Assembly (NCBI GenBank): GCA_030141605.1
Contig: JAQGDQ010000091.1
Coordinates: forward strand, 606,139-670,138
Length of the DNA: 64,000 nucleotides
Direction: 5' to 3'
DNA from: Tubiluchus corallicola
Taxonomy: Eukaryota > Animalia > Priapulida
Every line of letters begins with the position of its first letter. Within the stretch, counting starts at the first letter, position 1. Position numbers and translations under genes: made by a program. Positions 12,776-25,771 of this stretch are shown in pieces. The notes under the pieces are model-generated. The model was not told the origin of the DNA. It saw only the letters and a list, made by a program, of their open reading frames with translations, and did not search any database.

Positions 12776-15700
12776 TGTGTTCCTTTGTGAGGTCATCACT
12801 TATTGCGCTCGCAGCAAATTTTCTCAGCTATTATTTAATTATCAGAAAAACTTTGGCATTATTATCTGTGTTAAAATGTATATTTTTATTGTACTCCAAA
12901 CATTGCAGGATGCGTTTCCTTTAAGAAATCCTTCATCCTTCAAAATTCAAAGGAGCAGAAATATCATTTAAGTGTAATTGAAAGTCTCTGTGTGGTACAA
13001 TGCAATGAACGCGAGATTTCATGCATTGGAAAGTCAAGCTTTACCACAAAATACGGAGAATAAATTTTTAATATCCATGAAGCAGCGCCAGTGTATCAAG
13101 GGCTTTAGATACTCATGGTAAAAACAAATCTCTCAACAGATTTGATAGAAGGAAAACGAAACCTCGTTAAGTATTAGTGCTGCTTCAAAAGTAAACGCTG
13201 ACAATGTGCTGTTCTATCATAAACTATACATGAGTTTTCTAACATTTCAAAGTTATTGGATCATCAGATGGTAGAATATAATGATAGAGTAAAATTATAT
13301 TGTGAAATGGTGGATAACACACGGTTAATTCTATGTGTGGTATGTAGCTGATGTTTACTTTTCCTTTTACTTTTTGGCACTACTAGTACTCAAGTCCCTC
13401 AATTCAGTCTCCGTGTTGAGTCCGAGTCTTATTTCTGGAAACTGCATTGCGTTTACTGAGTCTAAGGAGAAGATTTTAAATCTCACAATGAAGCACAATT
13501 AATTTGACCAAAATTGAGATAAAAATCAAAACTCCGCTCTAGAATGCGTTTAAGCCACTCGCACAATTTGGTACATTAAACTGAGTAAAAATGTCATAGT
13601 CCTTCTTGGGCGACAACGCATCTAGAAAAATATTGTAAGAAGAGAACGATACACCTGGCATTGTATAATGTAAACATCACGGTTCCGAAATGCAACGTTA
13701 GCATAATGATTTGCTCAATGAAGCATCTCCACAAAGCTGACTTAGTATTTCGATGCTCAAAGACCTCCCATTTTTGTGCAAAATCATTGAGAAATCTGCG
13801 TCCCAAAATGGTAATGCGGCAGTTATGCAAAGAGATGAGATTTCTTAGTCAATTTATAACATCTGACATGATACAGTACACTGGCGGTTTTGTGGTGTTT
13901 TTAGCATTTTTTAGCTTTTTGAATGTAATCATCCAAAAAATGCTTGCATCGGTTTGATGTGACTGATGGACACCTGGGAATATCAAAACACTGACGGCGG
14001 TCTTTGAGAAATGATCTCGACTCGCAAAAATCCGCGATTCATTTAACAAAAATTTGAAAACCACGAACAAGACTTTGCACTCTAATGGTAATTGATTTTT
14101 TGTTCGACTTCCATTTGCTGTGATAACCTTTCCCGTATTGTTTGCTAAGGTCAAGTAAACTGATTATATTATACGGTGAAATACAGCGAAATGATATTAG
14201 TTAGAATAGATCCTTTATAACCCTGAGTAATGCGCACTAGCAGTGTGAGTTTTTATACTGATACTCTCATTTGTAAGAGGTATAAATGGGAAAATTACAA
14301 AATATTATTCCAAGTGTTGTAAAAACCGACTTGAACAGAATGCACGCACCATTAGGTTTAGTTCAGTATAATTGCTCATTCAAACACCCTACGTGTATGT
14401 TACCCATTTTAATACAATTTGGTGCAATATATTCCGATGTTCTGGCACGGTTAATGAGCTATATCTTTACTGGTATAGCGTGCTTTTTTTGTTATACTTT
14501 CACATTGTAAAATTGCCATTGTTTTTGCTACTACTGCTGCCCATAATGGCGGTAATGATGATAATGATAAGGAGAAGGAGGACGAAGAAGACGACGACGA
14601 CAATGATAATGACGATGACTTTTAAAGAAGTTAGTTATCGCATATAGGCAAAATTTTGTAGGCTTTATTATATCACATGCAAATTATATCCAAGACAGAA
14701 CTGTTCATATACTACATGCTAGTTTATTTCTTAAGTATTGTTAGCATGTATACATGTAGTCTATCGACCAGCCAAATTATAATAATAGATAAATAGATAT
14801 GCTCGGCGATTGTGTTGTTATCAACTATAAAAAACATTTTTGCTTCGCACCTCACAAGTTACGCATAAAATTAATTCAAGTATTTCACAAGAGCGTTTGA
14901 GCAGCTTCCCAATGTAAACCCATTAAATTTGCATAATGCGCGTTGCATGTTTTATGTAATAAATTAAAAGTGTTGTAAAGCTCGGTCTTTTTGAAAAAAG
15001 GCCTACAAAATGCACTCTTGGCGAAGGAAATGATTTATTGCTTTTTATTGCGTTCCTTTCTCACAAAAAGGTCTGACATTTTAGAAATGGTTATACGCGT
15101 GTTCGTTTTAGCCACATTTTTTCGCCTTATCAATGACCGAACACTAAAACAACCGTAAATTATTTCCTGAAAGCTCTAATCAGCGTTTTATTTATCGCTA
15201 TTACACTGCTCTCTGCGTTGGTAGCAGGTGCCATACCTTTTCACTTAAATTTTCTCTTTTGTGAGACAAACCTGTACTTTCTGTAAGAAATTTGTAACTC
15301 AGTTACGTGATTATACCTAACTCCATGTTTATAATAGTTGCTGCCAAGATTTCTAAAAGGGAAACAGATCTGTATAATACTTTTGGTTAGGGCATGCATG
15401 GGTTTACAGAACTAATATAGCGTATGACATCCAATGTAACCTTTTACTCGTGAGCCATTTGTGGTCTTGTCTCTTATCTTTTACTGCCGGCAAAACACAT
15501 TCACATTATTCATATTGCAAATGAAAGTCAACACATAAATTTTATTGGGCTATACTGAGCATTTTAACATAAATTGGTGTTACTCTGTTGGGCTTTCTGG
15601 GAACTCTGTAATAACTGGTAGAATAGTGGAAGGAACACGCAATTATAAAAGCTTTGAAATTAAAATTTGCAAAAACTTCACTTGTGGAAAAGTCAGAATT

Positions 15701-16421
15701 TCTATAGTTGAACTAGAAACAATTGAATTTAAAGTCAGATGTCATTTTACAATTATTTTATTTTATATTATATCTTAAATTGCCTATCATAATCGACCTC
15801 CAAAAACATTACAAATTGTTTTTAAAATATGATATTCATCTTTTTCTTTCTTCCTGTAACTGAATTTGCAATAAAGCGCATTATCATCTCTAAGGCCTAA
15901 AGTCATGGTCATAGGCAGGTCCTGCACGCTTTTATTGGTGCAGTTAAACGTACTTTGTGTGCTACGTACCAGTTCTAAAAATGCTTCACGGTCACCGCAA
16001 GGCCTTGCATGGCTTCTGCTGTGGAAGCTGCTCATATGGGCAGAATTGATCGGTAATCATAGACACTGTTCATGAGCATTTGATGGGCGGATAACATTTG
16101 AGCAACTACTGTGTGTGTTAATTGGCGCACTATTAGTATACAAGAACGCGCAAATGAAACACTATACCTGACCATGCTCGCCTAAAATCAATATTACATC
16201 CAGAACTGCATCGTCCTCTTGCACATCATTTGGCGCGTAGCCATTCATTTGACTGTGTGGTCTCAGCTGATGCTTCTTTCTATTGAATCAATTCTCAAAG
16301 AAGCTCATCGCTTGCGTGACGTTTAAGTCCATCTGCTCTGTTCATTATTTAGAAGCGACTGGAAATTTACTAGAACCTAATTGGTTGTGTTACTCGTATT
16401 GTGGTGCAAACACAATTCTAA

Positions 16422-16515
16422 ATGGCTTCTAATGAGGATCAACCACCACCAGCCCAGCAAGTCACAAAAATAAGACGGTACGGACTAGTGCAGTCAAAGT
16501 CACAACAGGCACAAG
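16422..16515 (+). CDS. Putative alternative first coding exon (possibly of the same PDE1 gene)
   Basis: aaATGG start; open frame MASNEDQPPPAQQVTKIRRYGLVQSKSQQAQ plus 1 nt; donor AAG|gtcagt (phase 1); more GC-rich than flanks and followed by AT-rich intron-like DNA. No homology recognised. Confidence 0.55.
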
Positions 16516-17756
16516 GTCAGTAAAATGTTATTTTGAAAAAGAATAAGAAATCTAATGTGATGCATCTTTATTTTTTAGACTTTTTACAGTAAGGTTGATA
16601 TAGCAGTAAGGGGCTCTATTTAAGATATTTTTTCTGATTAGCATTTAAATAATTGATGGGCATGACAAGCAACTGGCACAACAATTGCTTAGAAAAGGGA
16701 AAGAAAAATTTAGCTACAATATTTTGTAAATTTCTCGTATGAAACTGCAATTTTAAAAAAATTCAATTCCGAAGCTTAAAAAATAGCCAACAGATTGAAA
16801 ACGAAACTGTGATTACAAAAGTTTGGCGGCACCGTATATTATAAACAAATGTGTTTCAAACTGATTGTGAAAAGTAAGGAAAAATAATTTTCTCACGTGG
16901 AACTGTTAAGATACTCACCATGCACTAGGATTCCTAAAAGTTGGTAAGATTGAAAATATTACAGGTTAATTATTAAGGGTTAAACACAAAAACACTAATA
17001 CGCGTTCGTCCATGTAGTGTTTGTACGCATGCCACAGTCAAGCGATTAGCATACGGATCATGCATGTATTTTAAAAGGTTGCAATGTATTTTCAATAAAC
17101 TTTTCGATAAAAACATTCACTGGCCAAGCACGCAACACAAAGTTATGTTTTATGAAAAACTAGTTAGTTTAATGGCAAATTTCAAATATTACAGACGCAA
17201 GCGAAATTAGCTATATTTTTCATAACTGGAAAAAACAGTTTTAAATGTAGCTCTGTTGTCCCATGAATTTCTATACATGTAAGCGCATTTAGTAAAATTA
17301 CTAGGGCTATACGTTAAGAATAAGGCACGGCTCTATATTTAGAAGTTTTGCCAATTATTCATGCACAAGTAGAAATTTATTCAAGCCACACAAATGTTTA
17401 AATTAAAAGGGGTGTGTAACTAGGCTTTAATTTCAAAAGTGTTGTGAAATAAATAAAATAAAATAAAACACGTAAATAAAACAAATGCTTTAAAGTTTGA
17501 AGATAAAACAGAGATTGTTCGAGAAAATGAGCCTGACCGTGAGATAATCTTCAAGGCCGTGAATTCGCATTAAACACGTTTTTAATTTAAGTCTATAACC
17601 CGCTCAGGATGTCTTTAGAATTTAAAGTAATTTCCAATTTTACTTATAACAGTCAGATTTTCTGTCGATTGAAAAAGTCAAAATACCTGTATGTTTGTTA
17701 CTTCTGATAACTCGCTCTTTGTTTCGGCATTGTTTAAATTTCAAATATTTAAATGT

Positions 17757-18135
17757 GTTCTATTGTTTCTATAAACCCATAACAACTAAAACCACCAATA
17801 ATCTTACCAAAATTTGATAACAAAACTTCGCAAAGATGTGAAATCAGTGTTTACTAAATGTGTTTGATGTAAGTAAAAATTTGTTCTATGGTTTCTATAG
17901 CCCCAATCACAACTAAAACTAAAACCACCAATAACCTTACCAAAATTTGATAATAGAAATTCACAAAGATGTGAAATCAGTGTTTACTAAATGTGTTTGA
18001 CGTGTAAAAACTTGTTCTGTTGTTTCTATAGACCCATAACAACTAAAACCATCAATAATCTTACCAATATTTGATAACAAAACTTCACAAAGATGTGAAA
18101 TCCGTGTTTACTAAATGTGTTTGACGTGTAAAACT
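17757..18135. repeat. Tandem repeat, 3 diverged copies of a ~126-131 bp unit
   Basis: Units start at ~17757, 17883 and 18014 (gttct..tgtttctata...acaactaaaac...aaagatgtgaaatcagtgtttactaaatgtgtttga). Confidence 0.9.
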
Positions 18136-19499
18136 TTGTGTTTGTTTAGCCACTTGTCGAGATTATATACGATGTGCGCCGAATACAATTACACTTAAAA
18201 TATCGATTATGGAATTCATGTCATGCATGGATGAAGTTCAAATTGATTTTTGGTACAATGGATAGTAGACGTACCAAATAATTAATAAGAATGTAAATAT
18301 TTTGGCTGTTTTTCCACCAATTCTTTAAACTTAGACATAATATAAACCTTATACAAGCGGCACTGCGAAATTATAATTTGTGGACTCATCAAATTAGACT
18401 AAATTGAAAGATAGGTCTTGACAGTAGTTACGTCTAGGGAGATAAACATAATGGACATACACGACATCAGAAATTTATTACAGAACTGGGAGTCTAGAAC
18501 TGAGCAGCGTAATTCCATTACAAGGTCATTTTGACGTATGGGCAAATTTGCTAACCGACATTTTTCAAAAATGTTGCTCTGTAGCCACTGTAGACACAGA
18601 CTATATAAAAGCCAAGAATTTATTTATTCATCTACCTGCCCTGATGAAACATTTTCACAATAATCATCAGGATATTAAAATTCTATCACAAAATTAGAGT
18701 AGTAAAACTAAAATACGTAATGATAAGCTTAAAACGTACATTTATTCTAGGCTGGAAATGTAAACAAAAAGTTAAATTGAAACGTCTTTTACAGTTTCTA
18801 GGTTTCGTTGCAGAATACAAGAAATAAAATCAAAAGTATTTAAGCAAACCCTTTACCAAATATAAAATCGCAAAAGACAGTATCTACAGCTGCAGAATAA
18901 AAAGATAAACCCGCGAATAACTCATAGTCATTCATCGGCGGGAGATGTTTAGAAAAGTTGGAGCTATTATGGCCGGAATTTAAACTAAAATTGAACGTGT
19001 TCCTCTTTGCCCCACATCCCATCCTTCCAGAAAGCTACACGATTAAGCAGTTTTCACACAGCTTTGTTAACTAACAAACTAATCGACTCACAAACCAAAG
19101 GCAACGAAAATAAAATTTCCTTGGCGTAGGTAGCAAGGATACTCTATGATAGCTCAAACGCAGCAAATCTGCTACCTCTTCTTCATTCAACGGACCGAAA
19201 TTCTTACCTTCTCGCATGACAAAACTGGACTACTTGCCCATAGTTTCAGCAAGCATTCTAACATTCACCAACAAATGGTGGCATTTTGCTTAGATTAAAA
19301 TTTTAATGAAAGTACTTTGGAATGATTAGCATTCAAGATCAGTTGATAACCTATAAGTTTACTCTAACATTCTAGCATCAAAGACTATGACATTGATCAC
19401 ACCAGCTGCTATCATTTCCACACTAGCTGATTCCTCAGTCTCTGATGCTGGTATCATCTTAATCGTAGACCTAAAAATCTTTCTGGTTCTTTCTGAACT

Positions 19500-19870
19500 A
19501 GATTGCATATTTTTTGAACAACCATAAGAACTCCGATCTCAACATGACGATTTCGTGCCCTCCTTTTATGGAAATTGGCTCTATTGTTATCTTGGCATAT
19601 AAAGTGTGCAAGAAATCAGATTCGGATGACAGAAATTACCATCTTATTAGCCTTCTAAAAATCAGCAGTAAGATTTCTGAAGCCATATTAAAATAACATT
19701 AAATATGTTTATTTACGTTAGTATTACGCAGTCTTATTTGATATGAAATCAACGCTCGTGTTCTTCAAGGTTCTCTACTTTGTCTTTTTTCTGTTCAGCG
19801 TTCATCAACGATATTTGTATGTATCAGAATATTCTGTCAAGCTTGTCATCAATGCTGACGTGGTAAACTG
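19500..19870 (+). mobile_element. Degraded LINE RT fragment (CR1/L2-like)
   Basis: NYHLISLLKISSKISEAIL (NYRPISLL...SKILE motif), then VLQGSLLCLFLF...FINDI (GVPQGS...LF...INDL). Confidence 0.7.
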
Positions 19871-20732
19871 ATCTTCTCAGGCGGCACCATTGCAGGATTA
19901 CTTAACTTAAATTGTGGGACGTGTTTCAAAAACGCCTTGGTGAAAACTGAAGGAAGGATCAGAACTAATGCTGAACCTGCAAACTGTTATAGAGTGCATC
20001 CTATAGGTTTGCAAGTTAAAACTTGAGTTGTGTGGACATGTCACATAACAGTGGCTTTTTGTATTTGTTAAAATTGTCAATTTAATTTTTATATGTAACT
20101 AACAGTGTGACTATATTATTGTAATTTACATCAATTAATTACGCAATTAATAAATTAATTTCTGATGAGTTCAGTATTCGCACGTGAAGCCAAAGGCGAT
20201 ATAGAAGCCAATATAGAATCTGCGGGCAGAGAGAAGATGTTCAAGATCGCAGTAAAGTCGATGATGCTTCTGCCGATATCACTAAATCTGATGAGGCTGT
20301 TCTCTTTGAGATTACTGACCTGACGCGCGAAGAGAACTAGCTTCAGAAAATAGGATCATAATAAACTTAGGAGTGTAGCTGTAAGAAATGGCGCAGGAAA
20401 AGGTGCCGAAATTTGGACTGCAATAATATTAGAAGCAAGTGCCCTACAAAGTTGAAATTTCACAGTGTGATGTTGCAGTATATTGGGTTTTTGTTGCAGG
20501 AGTTGCAAATTGATAGGATTGGCTTTTTAAGTTATGGCCGAAAAGGTTTCATGTTAAAAATTTAAATGCAGGGGGAAATGTCATCTTGTCATGTCAGTAT
20601 CAGCTATGAGAATCACACATAAAACACTCGTCATGACAGCGAAACAACAAAGAAGACACCCAATTTACATCATCGTCTTTACCACAAAAAATAAAGCACT
20701 GATAAAAGTTTGTTATCAAGAAAACTTCGCAC

Positions 20733-21190
20733 TTAATCCTCTGAATACTGTATCTGGAACTCCCTTACAGAGAGAGTGTATGGAGAGAAATTCCTTAAAC
20801 AAAAAGTACAGAGCCTTTTGGTGCAAATGAACTAAAAGTAATAATTTATAATAGCATATGACCAAATACCCCTTAAAGAATGGAGAAACTGTGTCTGTTT
20901 TTGAAAGAAACGTTGTTGTCGAGTTTTCAGTGAAAATAATGGATACGTTGAGGACTTACCGCAAATTTTAACAACGGTGAGTGATGACACAAAAAATGTT
21001 TTCGACATTTATTTTTTAACTTATTAATTTACAACATCTGTAAATTTGGAAAAATCCTAAAAAGTGATCTAAAATTTTTCTTTATACTTTGTCGCAAGCG
21101 TCTGCAATATCAGTGTGATAATTTTCAGGTCATTATGCTTTTTCTTTTTCCAATATCATGATCAAAACTTGGCACATTTTTGCACCTGAT
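20733..21190 (+). mobile_element. Degraded non-autonomous DNA transposon, copy 2 of the family at 101-1080
   Basis: Same start ttaatcctctg...ctggaa and the same ordered internal blocks as 101-1080, but lacking a long internal segment. Confidence 0.5.
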
Positions 21191-24100
21191 ATAACAAAAT
21201 AAGATAATTTAAATTTACATAAGACAGTGAATGCAGTTCACATAGTAACATACAATTTATTGAGAAAACGGTTTGGAAAAAATTAAACTGCACTTCAAAC
21301 ACTGGTGTGTTGCTTCCAAATTTAATTATACAGCAGGCGATTTGAGAAAATGCTGCAAATAAACTCTGGAAAGTACTCCATCCTGCTAAAGTAGGAAGGT
21401 TGAGTGCCGCCTTCGACAAAGCGTGGAGATAACATGTCTTGGCATCAGAAACTTTGGGAGAAAGAAACGTTGTAAGAGCATTTGAACAGAAAAAAGAAAA
21501 GGAAAAAAATCACAGGAGACTACAGGGCAGTGCTATACGTAAACCTCACAATTTTAACATTTTGTGAGAATTTAATAAATTGGGTTTTTTACCTTTATAT
21601 ATGGCAAATTTTGCACGTAAAATGATCACATTAATAAAAAACAGATTCATCATGATTCTTATGTAAAAACTCACATTGGTGTAAGCGAACTTACGGTAGA
21701 TTATATGAAATTGCACACTTGTGAAAATCTGCCTTTACGCTGCTTTTACTAATCATCTTTGTGACTGTCGTAGCAAAAACGAAACAAACATAACGTAAAC
21801 GGCGAAGGAAAAAATAACAATAGTACTTAGCAACAGCAATGCACCAGACTATCAATTCTATTAGTTGCTGATCAAGAAACCAAGAATTTGTTTCAGAATT
21901 GTTGTTTTTCAACGTTTCTTGACACTTTCTTCAGTCTAACAACTGGTACAGCAAACAGCCTTATTAAAGTGTAATAACATTGCGCTCAGTTTTCAATTAA
22001 GTTGGCAATAAGACGATGTTGCTGCAAATGTTCTCCCAGGAAAACAAAAGAATACTTAAAAGACGTTGGCTTCAGTTGATTAATTCTGGTAATTGCTATC
22101 AGCCAGGGGTCTGTAAAATCTCGTTAGCGCATAACGTCTGCACTACATGTGTATGTTTTTTATAAACATTTTTTTATTTTATTGCTCTTTTGGTATATAG
22201 TTGTTCGCTGATCAAACATACTTAGGTAAAACGTAATTTGTAGTGCTTAGTTGACAAGTGCACACGACAGAACAATTTATTTTTTGTTTAACAATGGATT
22301 TTCAAATTATAGTTAATCTTCATGACGTACGATCGTCCGTAGCTAAAACGGCAGGTAGATCATACGTAATGCATAACAGTGTTAAATTAAATCACGTTTT
22401 CCTGAGGAAGAAGTGTTGTAAGTTAAGATAAGTATTAAGACTATTTATATCTAATGGAAATAAATTTTCTTTGCATAATTATAAAGTCTACTTTTAGATT
22501 AATTCTACTAATGTAATGCAAAGGGCAATCGAGCATATAATGCTTTACAGTTTCTTTGCGATAGCCATATGCACATCTTGGGCCAAAATGTTGCCAGTAC
22601 GATCGCTTCATCCGTGACCGTTAAGATCAAGATCACCATCCAGTTGCCTAAAGCCTACCTTCAATCTTTATTGTACAGCGTTTGGTTGTATCCACAATAT
22701 ATGTATTTAGGAGTCCAGCAATTCCGTAAAGTATTTTAGAGCTCTTTCATAACAAACTGAATTTATTAGAGGAGAATCAATAGAGTAAGTAGAATTTTTT
22801 TTATATATGTGACAAAATTAATAAATTCCACTTATCACTTATCAGAATTCACATTTTACAAGATATGCATCAGTTCATCAGTTACTGTTATTACTATTAT
22901 TACTATTTTACTAATAAATTATATTTAAAATGGGAAACCAGTTACTAGTCTTATTATCCAATACATGTTAAACATCATTACGTGTAAATATGAAGAGGAT
23001 ACGATGGCACTAATTAGTCTTGCACTCCAGAGTACAGCAAAATGTCTCATGGAAATGTTAATAATATTTGGGCTTTCTGAGCTGCGCGATAATTATTATT
23101 TCTGGCATGCCTGCGAACATATTTTGTGGTTCTAAACTTTTAGTTTAACTTTATTCTTTCAATTTCAACTCGGATTCATTCGCTTCATGCACGTCGGGAA
23201 CAAATGCGGTTAATTAACGGTTATAAAGCGACATAACTAATGTAGGATTTAATTGCTAATTAAATTAAAAAATGTCTGACTTGATATGAATATGCATATA
23301 AGTACTTATATATATTTAATTTAAGAAAAGTTATAATATTGTTGGTCAAACAGGTATTTCAGAGCTTGCCCAAAGTTGCTACATTTCAAAAAATGAAATG
23401 TCGCGCTTAACACTAGTCAACGAATATATACTATAACATTCGGGAGCAGATGTACCATTCATCGCTGCCTTTTATCATGCAATTTTCCTACTAAACAAGA
23501 AAAAGCAAAACTACATTTACTTGCTCGGCAAAACATCTGACAGCAGCTGGTTCTCTCCGTTATTAAACAAATGAAGTTTCTGCTAGGCGACCGCACGTTC
23601 GCATCAATATTACAAACACTCCACAAGTAGTATTTGCTGATACCATAACATGAAAATTAGTCTAATATTAATGATAAATGCGTTTGGTTTCAATAGGCAG
23701 CCGCACAGAAAAGCCGAAAGGTGCGCTGTTGGAAGGCATGTGCCCAATGCAATAACTATATGACTTCAACAAAATTTCTGTATTAAGAGAAACTTACACG
23801 AATCCAATATCTGCTACATAGCCTTATAAGTTTCTTAAGAAAAAGTAATCATATTTATTGGCGTAGCACATGACATTAGTGATATAAAAGCTATTACAAA
23901 GTCATTATATTAACTGCAATGTTATTCTAACTTGTAGAAAACATTATCTGGAGTTTGCTGTTGCATGATAACTAACTTTGTGGCTTGAAAATTGTTAAAC
24001 GCGTCTTCACGCAATAGTATTTAATACATTATGTTTATGCCTTAAGTCAGAGTTCCTAACCCAGGAAATTACGTACTCCTGTTCTAGGGCAGTGCATAAA

Positions 24101-25771
24101 GCCGTTTAGTGCCACTGCGTGCATTGAACAAGCGCAAGCCTCCCTTTTAACTCCAGGCCAGTGATTTCCCTTCTTAGAATGTTATTAATATATCACAGTG
24201 AAAAATAAATACCTATGTATTTCGTGTTGCCAAGCGAAATCATTGACCAGCAGTTCAAAAGGTAGGCTTGCCCTCTAAGTGCATCGGACGACTAGATCAA
24301 TGAACTTAACTTTAAATACTGTATTGAAATACCTAACAATTTTTTAGGTTAGAAACATTACATCTATTTCGCCCGCTAAGCTATAGTAGGACATGAAAAA
24401 GGTCGATTATTTTCTCAAGTCTGTCTTCTCGCTTTGCTTCAAACAGTTCCTTTAGATATACACAGGGCCCGTTTAAGAAAAGTTTTCATTACTCTCCCTA
24501 AATCTCTGCATTCGGCTGCAGGTAGGTTTAGATTTATTATTGTGTTATTTACGACACTACTCTCTCCAATGACGTTTATGGCGGTTTTATAGTCGAAAGT
24601 TTTTTAAAAGAGAAGGTTCTGGTTGCACTAAGTGGTTCATTGAAAACTTCATTGTTGCCGCTAATGAATTGCTGCTAATAATGAAAATTGTGCGCATAAA
24701 TTACCTCTATATTATACAGCGGCAAAGATGGATGGACAACAACTGATGAAAGGTTCAACGCGAAAATTATAGGTATATTGTTTTTGATGTTTCACGAATC
24801 TACACTTCGTCTTCATTTTCCTTGACAAGCAGGTTGCGTGATGCACAGTTGAACTTCTAATAATGGAAGCTGTAACAAACGGGCTTGTGACAGACTTCAT
24901 GTCCTAATGGCATGCTGTACTTTAGAGAGAAACAAGTCAGACAGGTATAATAGCTGAAAAGCTAGGCAGTATATTTATCGAAAATAATTTGTTTAGGAAA
25001 AACCATTAGTGCCACTACACATTCTGAATAAACGCAATCGCACATCAATCATTATTGAGTGTGCTTAAAAACTAAACCTGGGCGCTTCGGCATTATCTCT
25101 GACACTTTAGGTCTGAATAAAAGTAATATAAGTAATAATGCCATTTTGATATAATTTTGTCAAAAAATACAAGTGATTTGTTGGTTAACTTGCACTTTAA
25201 CCTGATGATTAAAATTATAAGTAAACACACAATGCAAATAAAACGTATAATATATTGTCAGAACTTACGCACACATTGGCTTGACTAGACCCTTGTTTCT
25301 TCGCTCTGCAATGGTCTCTCTACCACTCACAAATAATTCAATACAATGCCATGGCAAAATAATGAGACCTGGCACATATTAGTTCTTCGGACGTTTCACA
25401 CTTAGTTCATCAATGAAATGTTTAGACCTGTTTGAACAGTGCTCTGAAAAATTTGTGTACTTGTTATATATAGGACTTTCGTCCTGCAACTGCTGTCATA
25501 ATGTTGTATAATTTCTTATGATATGTAAGTAAATTTACTACACTACTCATTGTCACTCAGTCAGGTGCCTGGAATATTTTCATGATGCTTCTTGGTGTTA
25601 AGGATGATTTTGAATCGTATATTTTTATAGTATAGACACTTACATTATGATGAGTTTATGAATCTAAAGCGTTACGCGTTTTTTTATATTCTCCAATAAT
25701 TGATGAATTCTACTTTATCGTTTTTATATAAGGATCTTTTGTGAGTTAGCCGTTTGTTTTTTAGTTCTGTT

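Noticed and set aside
15787-16035. 82 aa minus-strand ORF head-to-head with the 16422 exon
   Set aside because: No homology recognised and no convincing splice sites; cannot be supported as a gene.
20161-20310. CTGATGAG motifs as hammerhead ribozyme cores (also ctgacga at ~30518 and ~45629)
   Set aside because: No stem II followed by GAAA at the required spacing and no flanking helices.
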